A stretch of 64,000 nucleotides of DNA, taken from positions 320,001 to 384,000 of the forward strand of contig OZ243927.1 of NCBI GenBank assembly GCA_965213925.1. Reading direction: 5' to 3'. This DNA is from Trueperaceae bacterium (GTDB lineage Bacteria; Deinococcota; Deinococci; Deinococcales; Trueperaceae). This document shows, piece after piece, positions 39,401 through 49,243 of the stretch (the stretch's first letter is position 1; each line of letters starts with the position of its first letter). The notes under the pieces are model-generated. The model did not search any database and was not told where the DNA came from. It was given only the letters and a program-made list of their open reading frames with translations. A program made the translations under genes and the position numbers.

Positions 39401-39693
39401 GGTTGCACCCAAACTCGGACAAAAGTCTGCATAACGCCTTTTGGAGCGAGTAATTCCCTTTCCGGTTAAACACGCGACTTTATCGCGTGTTTAATCCCGA
39501 GGAAGAGCCTTCAGCCGCTGCTGGCAAGCTTAACGACAACGCGCGCAGATGTGAAGATGATACCTTCGGCTGAAGACTCCTGAGCGAGTAGAAATAAGTA
39601 CGGATTCCGTAATTAACCGGAATCCGTATAGAGAGCCTCTTTAGCGACAACACCTTATGTCGCGTCATACGCCCTACATGATACGCTTACGCC

Positions 39694-41031
39694 GTGCCAC
39701 TCCCCTTACGCACTAAGCTCGGCTACGGCGTCGCCGATGTAGGCGCGTCACTTTCGTACAACGCGGTAAATTTCTTTTTTCTCTTTTTTTTGGTAGATAT
39801 AGCCGGGCTCCGCCCCGGTTTAGCGGGCGCGGCGCTTCTCGCGGGGCGACTCATCGACGCCGTGACCGACCCGCTGATGGGAACGCTCAGTGACCGCACG
39901 CGCAGCCGCTACGGACGGCGCAAGCCCTATATTTGGGCAGGGTTCATCCCGTTCGGCGTCTCCTTCGCGCTCCTCTGGACGGTTCCTAACGCTTCACAGG
40001 GCGCGATATTCACCCTCGCCGCGCTCGCGCTCGCGCTTCACGCGGTCGTCTATACCGCCGTACAAGTTCCTTACATGGCGCTCACGCCTGAGCTTGCGCC
40101 GGGCTACGAAGCGCGCACCTCGCTGAGCAGCTACCGCGTCGGCTTCGGCACGCTGGCGTCGCTTATCGCCGCCGCCGCGCCGCCGCTCCTCGTTGCGTCG
40201 CTCAATGGCGCGGCGGACCTCGCCGAGACTGCGCAGTTCGGCTGGGTCGGCATGGGTATCATTTTCGGCACCGTCATGAGCGCGTCGTATCTGCTGATGG
40301 CGCTCACCGTACAGGAACCCGCGAGGACCCCTTCTCGAGTCACGCCACCGCCGCTCCGCTCCGTGCTCAAGGTCAGAGGCTACCTCGCCCTCATCGCGCT
40401 TTTCGTGAGCGTGACGCTCGGGCTCGGCGTCGTCTCTTCGATGTTGCCCTTCTATCTGGCAAGTTTGCAGCTAAACCCGGATGAGCAAACCTTTATTCTA
40501 GGGCTTCTCTTTATCGTGGCAATCTTGGCGCTGCCTTTCTGGAACATTCTGGCGGGACGCTCGAGCAAGTCCACCGCTCTGGCGTCTGGGTTAGCCGTTC
40601 TCGTCGCCGGGCTGCTATCCATCGTGCTCGTTCCTCCGACGGGGCTTTCACTCCCTCTTGTCGCTTCGGTGGCGCTGGCGGGCGTCGGCACGGGCGCGGC
40701 GCTGCTCTTCCCCTGGGCGATGCTGCCCGACGTGGTGGAGTTCGACCTCTTGGCGCACGGAGCGCGGCGCGAAGGGCTACTCTACGCGGTCTTTACCTTC
40801 GCGCAGAAGTCGGCGTTCGCGTTCGGGGCGGCGCTGAACGCTTTCGTGCTCGAGCTTGCCCGCTATACCCCCGACGCGCCCTCCGCGTCCGCGCAAAACG
40901 CGATCACCTTCATGGTCGGACCTGTCGCCGCGACTGCCTTTTTCGTTGCGCTCCTGCTCGCTTGGCGCTATCCCATTCGCAAGGCGGACCACGACGCGGC
41001 GAGAAGCGCCTTGGCTCAAAAGAAGATGTAG
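39694..41031 (+). CDS. MFS glycoside-pentoside-hexuronide (MelB-like) symporter
   Basis: KLGYG..D.G, DAVTDPLMG.LSDRTRSRYGRRKP, VPYMAL.PEL, MLPDVVE..RREG. Confidence 0.92.
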   Translation: MPLPLRTKLGYGVADVGASLSYNAVNFFFLFFLVDIAGLRPGLAGAALLAGRLIDAVTDPLMGTLSDRTRSRYGRRKPYIWAGFIPFGVSFALLWTVPNASQGAIFTLAALALALHAVVYTAVQVPYMALTPELAPGYEARTSLSSYRVGFGTLASLIAAAAPPLLVASLNGAADLAETAQFGWVGMGIIFGTVMSASYLLMALTVQEPARTPSRVTPPPLRSVLKVRGYLALIALFVSVTLGLGVVSSMLPFYLASLQLNPDEQTFILGLLFIVAILALPFWNILAGRSSKSTALASGLAVLVAGLLSIVLVPPTGLSLPLVASVALAGVGTGAALLFPWAMLPDVVEFDLLAHGARREGLLYAVFTFAQKSAFAFGAALNAFVLELARYTPDAPSASAQNAITFMVGPVAATAFFVALLLAWRYPIRKADHDAARSALAQKKM

Positions 41032-41211
41032 AGGGTATAGAACAGAAGCTTTCTTCATTCTGTCTTCTTCTGTGACGAAGTCGCCAAAGGCGAAAGGTAT
41101 TCGCGCGAACTTTAGCCTCTCCCCTTCTTCACGGCTAGAAAATTTACAACTACGTAGCGCTAGGGGCGCAAGCGGTATACTTGCCTCGGGGTGGCATGTT
41201 AGAAAGGTCTG

Positions 41212-41559
41212 ATGCGTGAACTGCTCTACAATGCAGCCAAGCACTTTAAGCGCGGCGAAGCGCTAGCGAACCAGGGAGACGATAGAGACGCGATGGACGC
41301 CTTTAGCGACGCCCTACGCGACCTCCACGCGGTCAAACCGCAAAGGATGCGCAACGCGCTCCTGTCGCAGGTCTACCTCTCACGCTACGGGGCTGCTAAG
41401 CGCTTAGGCGCGGCGTCGGCGGAGGGCGACTTGCGCATGGGCTATTCCTACGCACGCACGACTAGAGAACCCGCCGTACGCGCCTTGGCTGAAACGCTCT
41501 GGCGCGAGCATTTAGCAGCGCGCGCCAGGGAGAACGAAGAAACCGTCGGCTCGGATTGA
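41212..41559 (+). CDS. Hypothetical helical protein
   Basis: 115-aa ORF with GAAAGG RBS; helical-repeat-like composition. Confidence 0.6.
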   Translation: MRELLYNAAKHFKRGEALANQGDDRDAMDAFSDALRDLHAVKPQRMRNALLSQVYLSRYGAAKRLGAASAEGDLRMGYSYARTTREPAVRALAETLWREHLAARARENEETVGSD

Positions 41560-41839
41560 AGAAGTGAGCATCAAGGTGTGGGAAGTGGACATGTAGGCTG
41601 CGTTTTTCCTGCTTTTTACTTAATGTCTTACGAAAGTACAAAACCCTATAACGAACCTACCCCTTTCCTAAAGACCGTTAGCAAAGACGTTTGAGCTAAT
41701 AGCTAACAGTCCATTAGCTCTCCGTGCAGATGCTGAACAAGAGCAAGGCTCGAGTCTCGTCCGCTCAGCTGACCCCCGATGCAGTCTCATACGATCAGCT
41801 GGACGCCCCCACCGACCTCTCGCCTGTTATGGTACAAAC

Positions 41840-42985
41840 ATGACCTCCGAACCCAACAAACCCAACCTGAGAGACGCCGCGCACGCGCAAGAGGGAGCCT
41901 ATTTAGAAACTTTAGAGACTCTGGCAGGCTTCGAATCTCCTACCGGACAAAAAGACGCCGTAGACGCGCTCATCGACCACTTGGAAAACAATTTGAGCAC
42001 GCGAGGTTGGAACGTGGAGCGCGTCGCGAAGGAGAAGGTGGGCGACCAGCTCGTCGCTCGCAAAGATTTTCCGGGGGAGACCTCATCGCTCCTCTTGACC
42101 CACGCTGACACCGTCTGGTCCGTCGGCACGTTGGAGAAGATGCCCGTCAAACGCGAGGGCGATCTCTTCTACGGTCCCGGCACGCTCGACATGAAAGCGG
42201 GCATCGCGGCGGGCGTCCACGCGGTGAGGCTCATAGAGGAATTGGATTTGGAGCCGCAGGGTCCGGTCACGCTGCTTATCACCTCGGACGAAGAGGTCGG
42301 GAGCAGGCACTCGAGAGAGATCATCGAAACCCTCGCCCGAGAGCACGACCGCGCCTTCGTTTTAGAGCCGGGACGCGACGACGGCGCGCTTAAAATCGGG
42401 CGCAAAGGCGTCGGCGCGTTCTACGTCACCTTCGAGGGTCAGAGCGCCCACGCGGGCAACAACCCGAAAGACGGCGCGTCGGCCCTGCGCGAGCTAGCGC
42501 ACTTTCTCCTCTTCGTAGAATCGCTGAACGACGACGACGCCCAGACGAGCGTCAACCTCACGGTAGCGCGGGGCGGCAGCGTCGGCAACGTCATCCCTGA
42601 AGAGGCATTTGCGGAGGTGGATTTGCGCTCGCTCGAGGACGGCGAAGGCAAGCGCGTCGAAAGGGCGGTGTACGGCTACGAACCTAAAGACAGTCGCGTA
42701 AAGGTTCATATCACTGGCGGACTCAACCGCCCGCCAATGGAGCCCACCGAGCAGAACATGGCGCTCTTTGAAGAGGCGCAAGAGAAGATGGCGCGTTTGG
42801 GGTTCAGTTTAGAGAGCGCCGTCGTCGGCGGCGGCTCCGACGGCAACCTCACCTCCGCGTTGGGCGTCCCCACCTTGGACGGCTTGGGCTCCTCGGGCAG
42901 AGGTCCGCACGCCCGCTTTGAACACATCCGCGTCTCGGAAACCTTAGACCGCTTGGCACTCCTGACGGCGCTTTTGACGAAGTAA
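41840..42985 (+). CDS. M20 family metallopeptidase (glutamate carboxypeptidase-like)
   Basis: HADTVW, GPG..DMKAG, SDEE, GGGSDGN, GPHA. Confidence 0.9.
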   Translation: MTSEPNKPNLRDAAHAQEGAYLETLETLAGFESPTGQKDAVDALIDHLENNLSTRGWNVERVAKEKVGDQLVARKDFPGETSSLLLTHADTVWSVGTLEKMPVKREGDLFYGPGTLDMKAGIAAGVHAVRLIEELDLEPQGPVTLLITSDEEVGSRHSREIIETLAREHDRAFVLEPGRDDGALKIGRKGVGAFYVTFEGQSAHAGNNPKDGASALRELAHFLLFVESLNDDDAQTSVNLTVARGGSVGNVIPEEAFAEVDLRSLEDGEGKRVERAVYGYEPKDSRVKVHITGGLNRPPMEPTEQNMALFEEAQEKMARLGFSLESAVVGGGSDGNLTSALGVPTLDGLGSSGRGPHARFEHIRVSETLDRLALLTALLTK

Positions 42986-42987
42986 TT

Positions 42988-43674
42988 GTGTCGGAGACAC
43001 GCACCACCCTCTGCATGACGGATGACGGCAGCCGCACCCTCTACAGCGAGCGTTACGGCGAAAGCTTCCACTCGCATAAGGGCGCGCTCACCGAGTCGAA
43101 GCACGTCTTTTTGCAAGGAACGGGCGTGGTAGCGAGGTTGGAACGCCGCCACCCCACCAACCTCTTAGAAGTCGGCTTCGGCACGGGTCTCAACTTCTTC
43201 TTAACGGCAGATATCGCCTTGAAACACGGAACAGAACTCCGCTACGTGGCGCTGGAGAGAGACCTCTTGAGCGCGGAAGCGTTCGCGTCGCTCGGGTACG
43301 GAGCGCATTTGGAGCGTCCCGAGGTTCTCGAGCACTTCTTGGTATGGCGACGCTCCGAAACCGGTCAATTCAAGTTTGAGGGAGTGAGTCTCGAGCTTCT
43401 CCTAGGCGAAGCCACTCGGCAACCTTTCCCGGAGAACTATTTCCACGCCGTATATCAAGACGCCTTTAGCCCCGCCACCAATCCTGAACTTTGGTCAGAG
43501 GTATTTCTGGACCGTCTCCACAAAGCTTTAACTAGGGACGGCGTGCTGAGCACCTACTGCGTCAAAGGAGCCGTGCGGCGGCGGATGCAGGCGTTGGGGT
43601 TCGAGGTCGAGAAGCGGGCGGGACCGCCGGGAGGTAAGAGGGAGATGTTGGTGGCGAGGAGGGGTTTAGGGTGA
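42988..43674 (+). CDS. mnmD: tRNA mnm5s2U34 methyltransferase MnmD (stand-alone MnmC methyltransferase domain)
   Basis: T.DGS.TLYS..YGE.FHS..GA..ES.HVF, EVGFGTGLN, DAFSP..NPELW, TYC.KG.VRR, GKREM. Confidence 0.9.
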   Translation: MSETRTTLCMTDDGSRTLYSERYGESFHSHKGALTESKHVFLQGTGVVARLERRHPTNLLEVGFGTGLNFFLTADIALKHGTELRYVALERDLLSAEAFASLGYGAHLERPEVLEHFLVWRRSETGQFKFEGVSLELLLGEATRQPFPENYFHAVYQDAFSPATNPELWSEVFLDRLHKALTRDGVLSTYCVKGAVRRRMQALGFEVEKRAGPPGGKREMLVARRGLG

Positions 43675-44940
43675 CTTCTTCTCGAGTTCATTCGCAGGAG
43701 TGAAATGCACTATTTCTTGCAATGATTTTGGCAAGGGATTGGCGGCATTAGGATTAGAGTTAATAAGAAAGGTAGGAATGTATTTTCCTGGTTCCACCTC
43801 TTCCTGGGGGCTATAGATGCAGATGCCACTAATAGAGGAGTAGATTGAGTTGGACCATATTCGCTTATTTATGAGTGCAAGTACGTAGTCTACTTCAATT
43901 ATCTCTGGCGCTACTTTAAGAACAATCAAATAGGGTCTGGAACCTGAATATTGCTTCAACTTCCTCTTTAACGTATTGTCCCCTAAAGACTTCAAAATCA
44001 AATCTTCTTGAGCCTCTTCAGTTAATTTGAGTGTAGCGACAACAGCCGAAAAATCCAGCTTATTTTCATAGCAACGATATCCAATAACTGTTTGAACCTT
44101 CGCTACAAGAGAATTGTCTTCGAAGTCGTCTCTTCCTAAAATGCGTACTCCTACATTTTGGTTAGAGTCACCTCTACTCACCAACTCATCTGGCAATGGT
44201 GCCCAATTTATAACGCCTTCATAATTCTCTTCACCACGTCTAAAACCAAACCTAATCCTTCCAACCGTCTTGGCGATAACTGCTCCGGCGACGTTGTTTA
44301 CAAGTCCTTTAATCTTACGTTGTGGAATCTCTCTAAAGTTGAAGCCAAGTGGAAATTGCAGATTTAGGAATATCTTTAACTCTGATTCACCTTTTAGCTC
44401 GAATATCTGTTCAGCAATACTTCCGTGTAGCTTGCTCATCTCCTTTCCCCACTTGTCCAATACTCCAAAGTAGTAAACTGTAGTCTCTACGTACGTATCG
44501 CCATCAGGCATGTTTACTTTTAAGTCTGGCGAGCGAGGAAGCTTTGCAGTACTGTGCTTTGCCGTAATCAAAGGCTCGAGTTCTACTGTATCTGCGATAT
44601 CAGCAAAATTCTCAGTCACTGTTAGCTCAACTAACATCTCATCATATTGCTTTTCACTCTTTGTGTAGAGAAGTTGTCGCATTTTGGCGACTAATTTAGG
44701 AGCTGACTCAGGTACTAAGTTAGCAGCAATTCTATGCAGCGTAAGGCTAAGGCGAAGTAAAGACAAAATGGAAGAAGAACTATCACTCTTCCACCTTCTT
44801 CCCATTATTCCAGCAGGCTTATCCAGCCATTCAGAAGAGGCTTCGTCAATCAGTGAGATGAGGTACTCTCTTAACTTCTCTCTATCAGATGTAGGAAGAG
44901 GAATTTCTAAACTGCTCAAGTCATAATCTAAGAAGCTCAT
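43666..44940 (-). CDS. AT-rich hypothetical protein with a PD-(D/E)xK-like motif
   Basis: 424-aa ORF, visibly AT-richer than its neighbours; RSPDL...YVETT. Confidence 0.7.
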   Translation of the reverse strand: MSFLDYDLSSLEIPLPTSDREKLREYLISLIDEASSEWLDKPAGIMGRRWKSDSSSSILSLLRLSLTLHRIAANLVPESAPKLVAKMRQLLYTKSEKQYDEMLVELTVTENFADIADTVELEPLITAKHSTAKLPRSPDLKVNMPDGDTYVETTVYYFGVLDKWGKEMSKLHGSIAEQIFELKGESELKIFLNLQFPLGFNFREIPQRKIKGLVNNVAGAVIAKTVGRIRFGFRRGEENYEGVINWAPLPDELVSRGDSNQNVGVRILGRDDFEDNSLVAKVQTVIGYRCYENKLDFSAVVATLKLTEEAQEDLILKSLGDNTLKRKLKQYSGSRPYLIVLKVAPEIIEVDYVLALINKRIWSNSIYSSISGICIYSPQEEVEPGKYIPTFLINSNPNAANPLPKSLQEIVHFTPANELEKKSP

Positions 44941-44991
44941 CTCACCAATGATACCTAGCTTTTAGTCGAAAGTTACGCTGCTACCTTCATC

Positions 44992-45453
44992 TCAAAAAGG
45001 CGACACCGTCGGCCACAATTCACGAATACCCCAAGGAATCGCCAGAAAGACGAGCAGCAAGCCCACCGTATACCCTATCGCCGCGTTGCGAAAGGCGAGA
45101 CGGTCGGTCGCGGCGCGTTTGGCGCGGGAGTACCCGAGCTGCGCCACCACGAGCGCTATAAGCATCATGGTGATGTGATAGACGCCGAAGAAGATGAGCA
45201 GCGCGCGACCTTCGCCCGCCGCGTCTAGCGCAAAGAGCGCCCGCAGTCCCCACGGGCTGATGAAGTAGAGGATGAGCCCGATCACCACCTGGAGCCCGAA
45301 AACTGCCGTGAAAAATACGCCCGACGCCTTGTCCACGCCGCTATACGCGCGTTTGCTGAAAAGCCCCGAATACGCGGTGCTGAGCGCCGCCACGCCGCCC
45401 AACAGAACGATCCAGCGCGTGACGCTGTGCAGCCATAAAAGAAAAGTGTACAT
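44992..45453 (-). CDS. Four-TM membrane protein with conserved His (cytochrome b-like)
   Basis: LHSVTRW, LQVVIGLILY, H..MML.A, IPW. Confidence 0.75.
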   Translation of the reverse strand: MYTFLLWLHSVTRWIVLLGGVAALSTAYSGLFSKRAYSGVDKASGVFFTAVFGLQVVIGLILYFISPWGLRALFALDAAGEGRALLIFFGVYHITMMLIALVVAQLGYSRAKRAATDRLAFRNAAIGYTVGLLLVFLAIPWGIRELWPTVSPF

Positions 45454-45475
45454 AAAACGAATCTCCTGAATTCTT

Positions 45476-45702
45476 TAGCAGTTCCACCTATCGTTGCTTG
45501 GGCGAAGCCATGCGAAGCAACGCTTCTCCGCAGATTTCACGGCTTTGCCGTAACGGAACTTCATCCCTGAACGTGCGTGCTAGGCGATGTTCTTTTTAGC
45601 GAGAGTGTAGCTGACCAGATGACCTGTTTGACGGTTACGAAGTTTTCGCAAACGCGAAAGGTCAAAACTACGTAAGCCCAGCGTCAGCGGGTATACCTGC
45701 TA
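45476..45702. repeat. TAGCAG MITE-like repeat copy, both ends intact
   Basis: Begins TAGCAGTTCCAC and ends ATACCTGCTA; internal blocks shared with the 15091 and 50157 copies. Confidence 0.85.
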
Positions 45703-45714
45703 CTTTATACTAGT

Positions 45715-46743
45715 TTGGTGCTCACTGACCGAACGGACAAACGTCCCCATTCACCCTCTCATTATCTCATTATCGGCGGGGGCGTTGCGGGTTGTGCGCT
45801 TACCTACGCGCTCAGCATACGCGGCGTCAGCGTCACGCTCGTGGAACGAGGCGAGGTCGGTAGAGCGGGGGCGTCGTCGGTTCCGGTGGCGCTCCTCAAT
45901 CCGTACCGGGGGCGCAGCGCGCGGGCAAACGACCTCGATCTGGCGGGTTTGGCGGCGACGACGCGGCTCGTGAACGAACTCGAGGAACGAGGATTAGATC
46001 ACGGCGTCCACCAGCGCGGCGTGCTGCGCGTCGCGTCGAACCAGAAGCAAGCGAAGACGTGGCGCAAGCGTGGCGGCGTGAAGTGGTTGGAACCTGGCGA
46101 GATTCCAGGCGTTTATCACGCGCCGTTCGGCGGATTTTTGGTCGAGCGCGGCGGCTGGTTGGAGCCTCTCAAATTTCTTCGCGCTTTAGTAGCGGCGGCG
46201 AGGCGTAACGGCGCGAGGGTGCTCGAGCACTGCGACGTCCGAGAGGTCTGTCAACGCGGTTCCTTGCAAGAGGTGAAAACCTCGAGTGGAACGTTCAGCG
46301 CCGCAACCGTCATCTACTGCATCGGCGCGAATTCAGAGGTCGAACATAAGCTAGGGATGGGGGGACTAGAGCACGTCGCCGGTGAGGTCATCCGCCTACA
46401 GACAGACGCCGAGTTACCTTACGCTTTGGCGGGCGCGGTCTACGGCGCACGACTTGGAGAAGCTATCTACCTCGGCGGCAATCACCGCCCGGCAGGGCAA
46501 ACCGACGACACCGCGCCGCGGCAACTTCAGCGAGCCGGAGGTTGGTTCGTTCCGGCGCTGAAAGAGGCGGAACTTGACTCGACTTGGACGGGCGTCCGCG
46601 CCAAAGCAGCGGACAATGTGCCCGTTATTCAAGAGGTGCGCCCCGGCGTGTGGTTCTTCGGCGGGCTCGCGGGGCGCGGCTTTTTGTGCGCCGCGCACCT
46701 CGCGGAAGGTTTGGCTCAGCAACTGACCCGCCGGACCGTTTAG
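45715..46743 (+). CDS. FAD-dependent oxidoreductase (DAO family)
   Basis: IIGGGVAG, GAS, WTGVRA, GLAGRGF. Confidence 0.85.
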   Translation: MVLTDRTDKRPHSPSHYLIIGGGVAGCALTYALSIRGVSVTLVERGEVGRAGASSVPVALLNPYRGRSARANDLDLAGLAATTRLVNELEERGLDHGVHQRGVLRVASNQKQAKTWRKRGGVKWLEPGEIPGVYHAPFGGFLVERGGWLEPLKFLRALVAAARRNGARVLEHCDVREVCQRGSLQEVKTSSGTFSAATVIYCIGANSEVEHKLGMGGLEHVAGEVIRLQTDAELPYALAGAVYGARLGEAIYLGGNHRPAGQTDDTAPRQLQRAGGWFVPALKEAELDSTWTGVRAKAADNVPVIQEVRPGVWFFGGLAGRGFLCAAHLAEGLAQQLTRRTV

Positions 46744-47349
46744 TCGGTGCTGATGGGCTCTTTTGCAGGCTCGACTTGGCGGATGGCGGTGCTGGCTGTA
46801 GTACTCGTCGTTGGGCTTCCAACCGAGTGAATTGGCTAAGCGGTTCGTAAAGTTGAACATCGCCGCCACCTGCGCCGCCTCGAAGATGGTCTCGTCGGAC
46901 AACCCGATATCGCGCAGCGGCGCGAGGTCGCCAGGTGACATTTCGAAGGAGTTGTTGGTGAGTTCGACCGCGAAGTCCAAAAGCGCACGTTCGCGTGTTG
47001 ACAACTCGGCGCGGCGATAGTTATGCGTAATCACGTCGGCCTTAATGTGGTCATCTACCAACTCGCGTAAGTAGGCGCTGTGTGAGCCCAAGCAGTATTC
47101 GCAGCGGTTCTCTACCGAGACGGCTAGGGCAATCATCTCGCGCTCAGCCCTCGAGAGTTCGCTCTCTTCGTTGCGCATCAAGAAGTCGTAGTACTTAAAC
47201 CACTTCATGAAGTGCGTGGGCGTGAGCGAAAAGACTTTGAAGACGTTCGGGACGAGCCCCATCTTCTCCTCCGCTTTGCTGAAGAGCGTCTGCACGTCGT
47301 CGGGCAGAGATTCTCGTTCGGGTACGTTGAGCCAGCTTAGTTTGTCCAT
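46740..47349 (-). CDS. Peroxidase-related AhpD/CMD family enzyme; likely frameshift near the 3' end
   Basis: GLVPNVF, EREMIALAVS..NRCEYCLGSH, AMFNFTNRLA; the true end is probably the stop at 46740-46742 in another frame. Confidence 0.85.
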
Positions 47350-47563
47350 AAGGTTATCTTACGCGGCGCAGCCCAGCTAAGGCTGAATTGTACCGGCGCT
47401 CGCGCCGGGAAACGTACCGCTGCGGCTTCACGCCTATCGTTTCGTAGCTGTCCTTACCGAACTCGCCAGAATTCCTGTAGGCGGACACGTCCTAAATGGT
47501 CTCTGCGCCAGCCAAGCTCCAGGCTTCTTGCCAGCCCTCCAAAGTGGAACGTCCGAGCGACCT

Positions 47564-48859
47564 CTAGGGATGAAGGGGACGCTTCCGCGTACTCGTCGCT
47601 ACGCTGGACGCGCTCACCGCGCTCGAGCGGCTCACCGAAAAGGCCTCGTCGCCACGTTCAACGTGGGCGCTCAGTTTCCAGAAGGGGTCAGCGCCCAAGG
47701 TCCAGGTCTCACTCCAACCGGGTAAGGCACTAAAGTCGGGGAGGGGATAGCTCAGCTCGGCTTCGCTCGCCGCGTCTAGGAGCCAGGGTGCACTCAGCGC
47801 GACCACGTAGCGCGTCTCGCTCGTTTCGCTCGAGTCCTCGAGCGTCAGCGTGTAGCTCGCGTCCGCCGCGTAGGTCCGCCAGATCATCTTGAGACGCGCC
47901 TCTTCGGAACGCAGCTCGGCGGCTCCTAAAGGCTCGGGCAAGCTGAGCGTCACATTCTCGGGCGCTGCGAAGGTGCGCCTCAGTGAGCGTGACAAGAGCG
48001 CGCCTCCAGCCTCTTCGGAGAAGCTGCCGACCGATAGGTGATAGACCGCGCGGTCAGTCGGCGCGGTGAGGCCAGCGTAGTCGAACGAAAAGGCCGTCTG
48101 CGCCGCCTCGGTGACAAACGCGCCCAGCTCGGCGCTCGCGCCGCGTTCTGTGACCAAGGAGACGCTCGAGCTGACCTCGCTCCCGGACGCGACATTGTCA
48201 ATGGTGACGTTCCGGATAGAGGTTGACACGGCTTGACCGAGGTCTAAATCTAAAACTTTGTCGTTTTGAACCGCAATATCTCTGCGGACGAGCATCTCTT
48301 TAGGCGGTGAGAATTCGTCAGGCGTCGCGGAGGCGCGCTGCACGGTAACTAAGAGGTCGTACACGCCCGCCGTAAAGCCCGCTAGGGCGTAAGTATTCTC
48401 TGCGGAGGTAACTTTATCCGCCAGAAACTCACCGTAGACGCGCGCCGTTTCACCTTCGGCGAGCCCGCTCAGCGACCCGGAAAGCGTGTAGAAGTCGGCG
48501 TCCGCTTCGTCAGAGGGACAGGGGGTGGCGACCGAAGCGCCCTCGGCGAGTGTCGCGTAGCTCAAAACGACGTTGACCTCACCCGCTTCGTCGGCGCAGA
48601 CGTGCGCGACGCCGTAGCGCGTCTCGGCGTCTTTAAGCTCGAGCGTGTAGCGCTCCTCGTCAGCGCTCTCGGGGCTGCCTCTAAGGACCTGCCACGCCCC
48701 TTCGCCGTCCCTATAGGCGACCCACACCGCCCCGCTCGCCTCGACGCTCAGCTTCGCCGCGCCCGTCCCCGGTTGCTCCGGCTGATGAGGCTCCTCGGAC
48801 GCGCCGCAGCTCGTCAGCCAAACCGTCAGAAAAATCAGCATACCCGTTCTTTGCCGCAT
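47564..48859 (-). CDS. Hypothetical lipoprotein
   Basis: LTSC lipobox; GGAGG RBS; WVAYRDG.GAWQ..YGVA.VC beta-rich domains. Confidence 0.75.
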   Translation of the reverse strand: MRQRTGMLIFLTVWLTSCGASEEPHQPEQPGTGAAKLSVEASGAVWVAYRDGEGAWQVLRGSPESADEERYTLELKDAETRYGVAHVCADEAGEVNVVLSYATLAEGASVATPCPSDEADADFYTLSGSLSGLAEGETARVYGEFLADKVTSAENTYALAGFTAGVYDLLVTVQRASATPDEFSPPKEMLVRRDIAVQNDKVLDLDLGQAVSTSIRNVTIDNVASGSEVSSSVSLVTERGASAELGAFVTEAAQTAFSFDYAGLTAPTDRAVYHLSVGSFSEEAGGALLSRSLRRTFAAPENVTLSLPEPLGAAELRSEEARLKMIWRTYAADASYTLTLEDSSETSETRYVVALSAPWLLDAASEAELSYPLPDFSALPGWSETWTLGADPFWKLSAHVERGDEAFSVSRSSAVSASSVATSTRKRPLHP

Positions 48860-49032
48860 GATAACCTCCGCATCTTCGAAGGGTAGGACACGGCTGTGTG
48901 GAGGTTTATACGAAACTGCATAAAAGGACGATCATGAGGTTCATCTTTTTCTCATCTTTCGATGTGATCGTCCGGTTTGTCTGCTCGGTGATTGAACTCA
49001 GGTGCGAAGCTTTGGCAGAAAAGGCGCGCACT

Positions 49033-49233
49033 TTAAGATTCCCCTTCGGCAAACCCCGTACAGCGTAAAACAGGAACGTTCGGATATTTGGGCAACTCGG
49101 GGTTGGTACACAGCAAGAAGAGGCTCGCCCTGCTACTCTTGACGAGCTTCGCATAATCACACGCGCCGCAGAGCCCGCCCTGCGCCGCTCTGACGAGGTC
49201 GCGCCGGGGGCGGCTCGAGTCTTTGCCGTTCAC
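49033..49233 (-). CDS. Small four-Cys protein
   Basis: GLCGAC...FLLC...KYP..PVLRC.GF; 10 nt downstream of nqo15 on the same strand. Confidence 0.65.
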   Translation of the reverse strand: MNGKDSSRPRRDLVRAAQGGLCGACDYAKLVKSSRASLFLLCTNPELPKYPNVPVLRCTGFAEGES

Positions 49234-49243
49234 TCCCTTCAGT

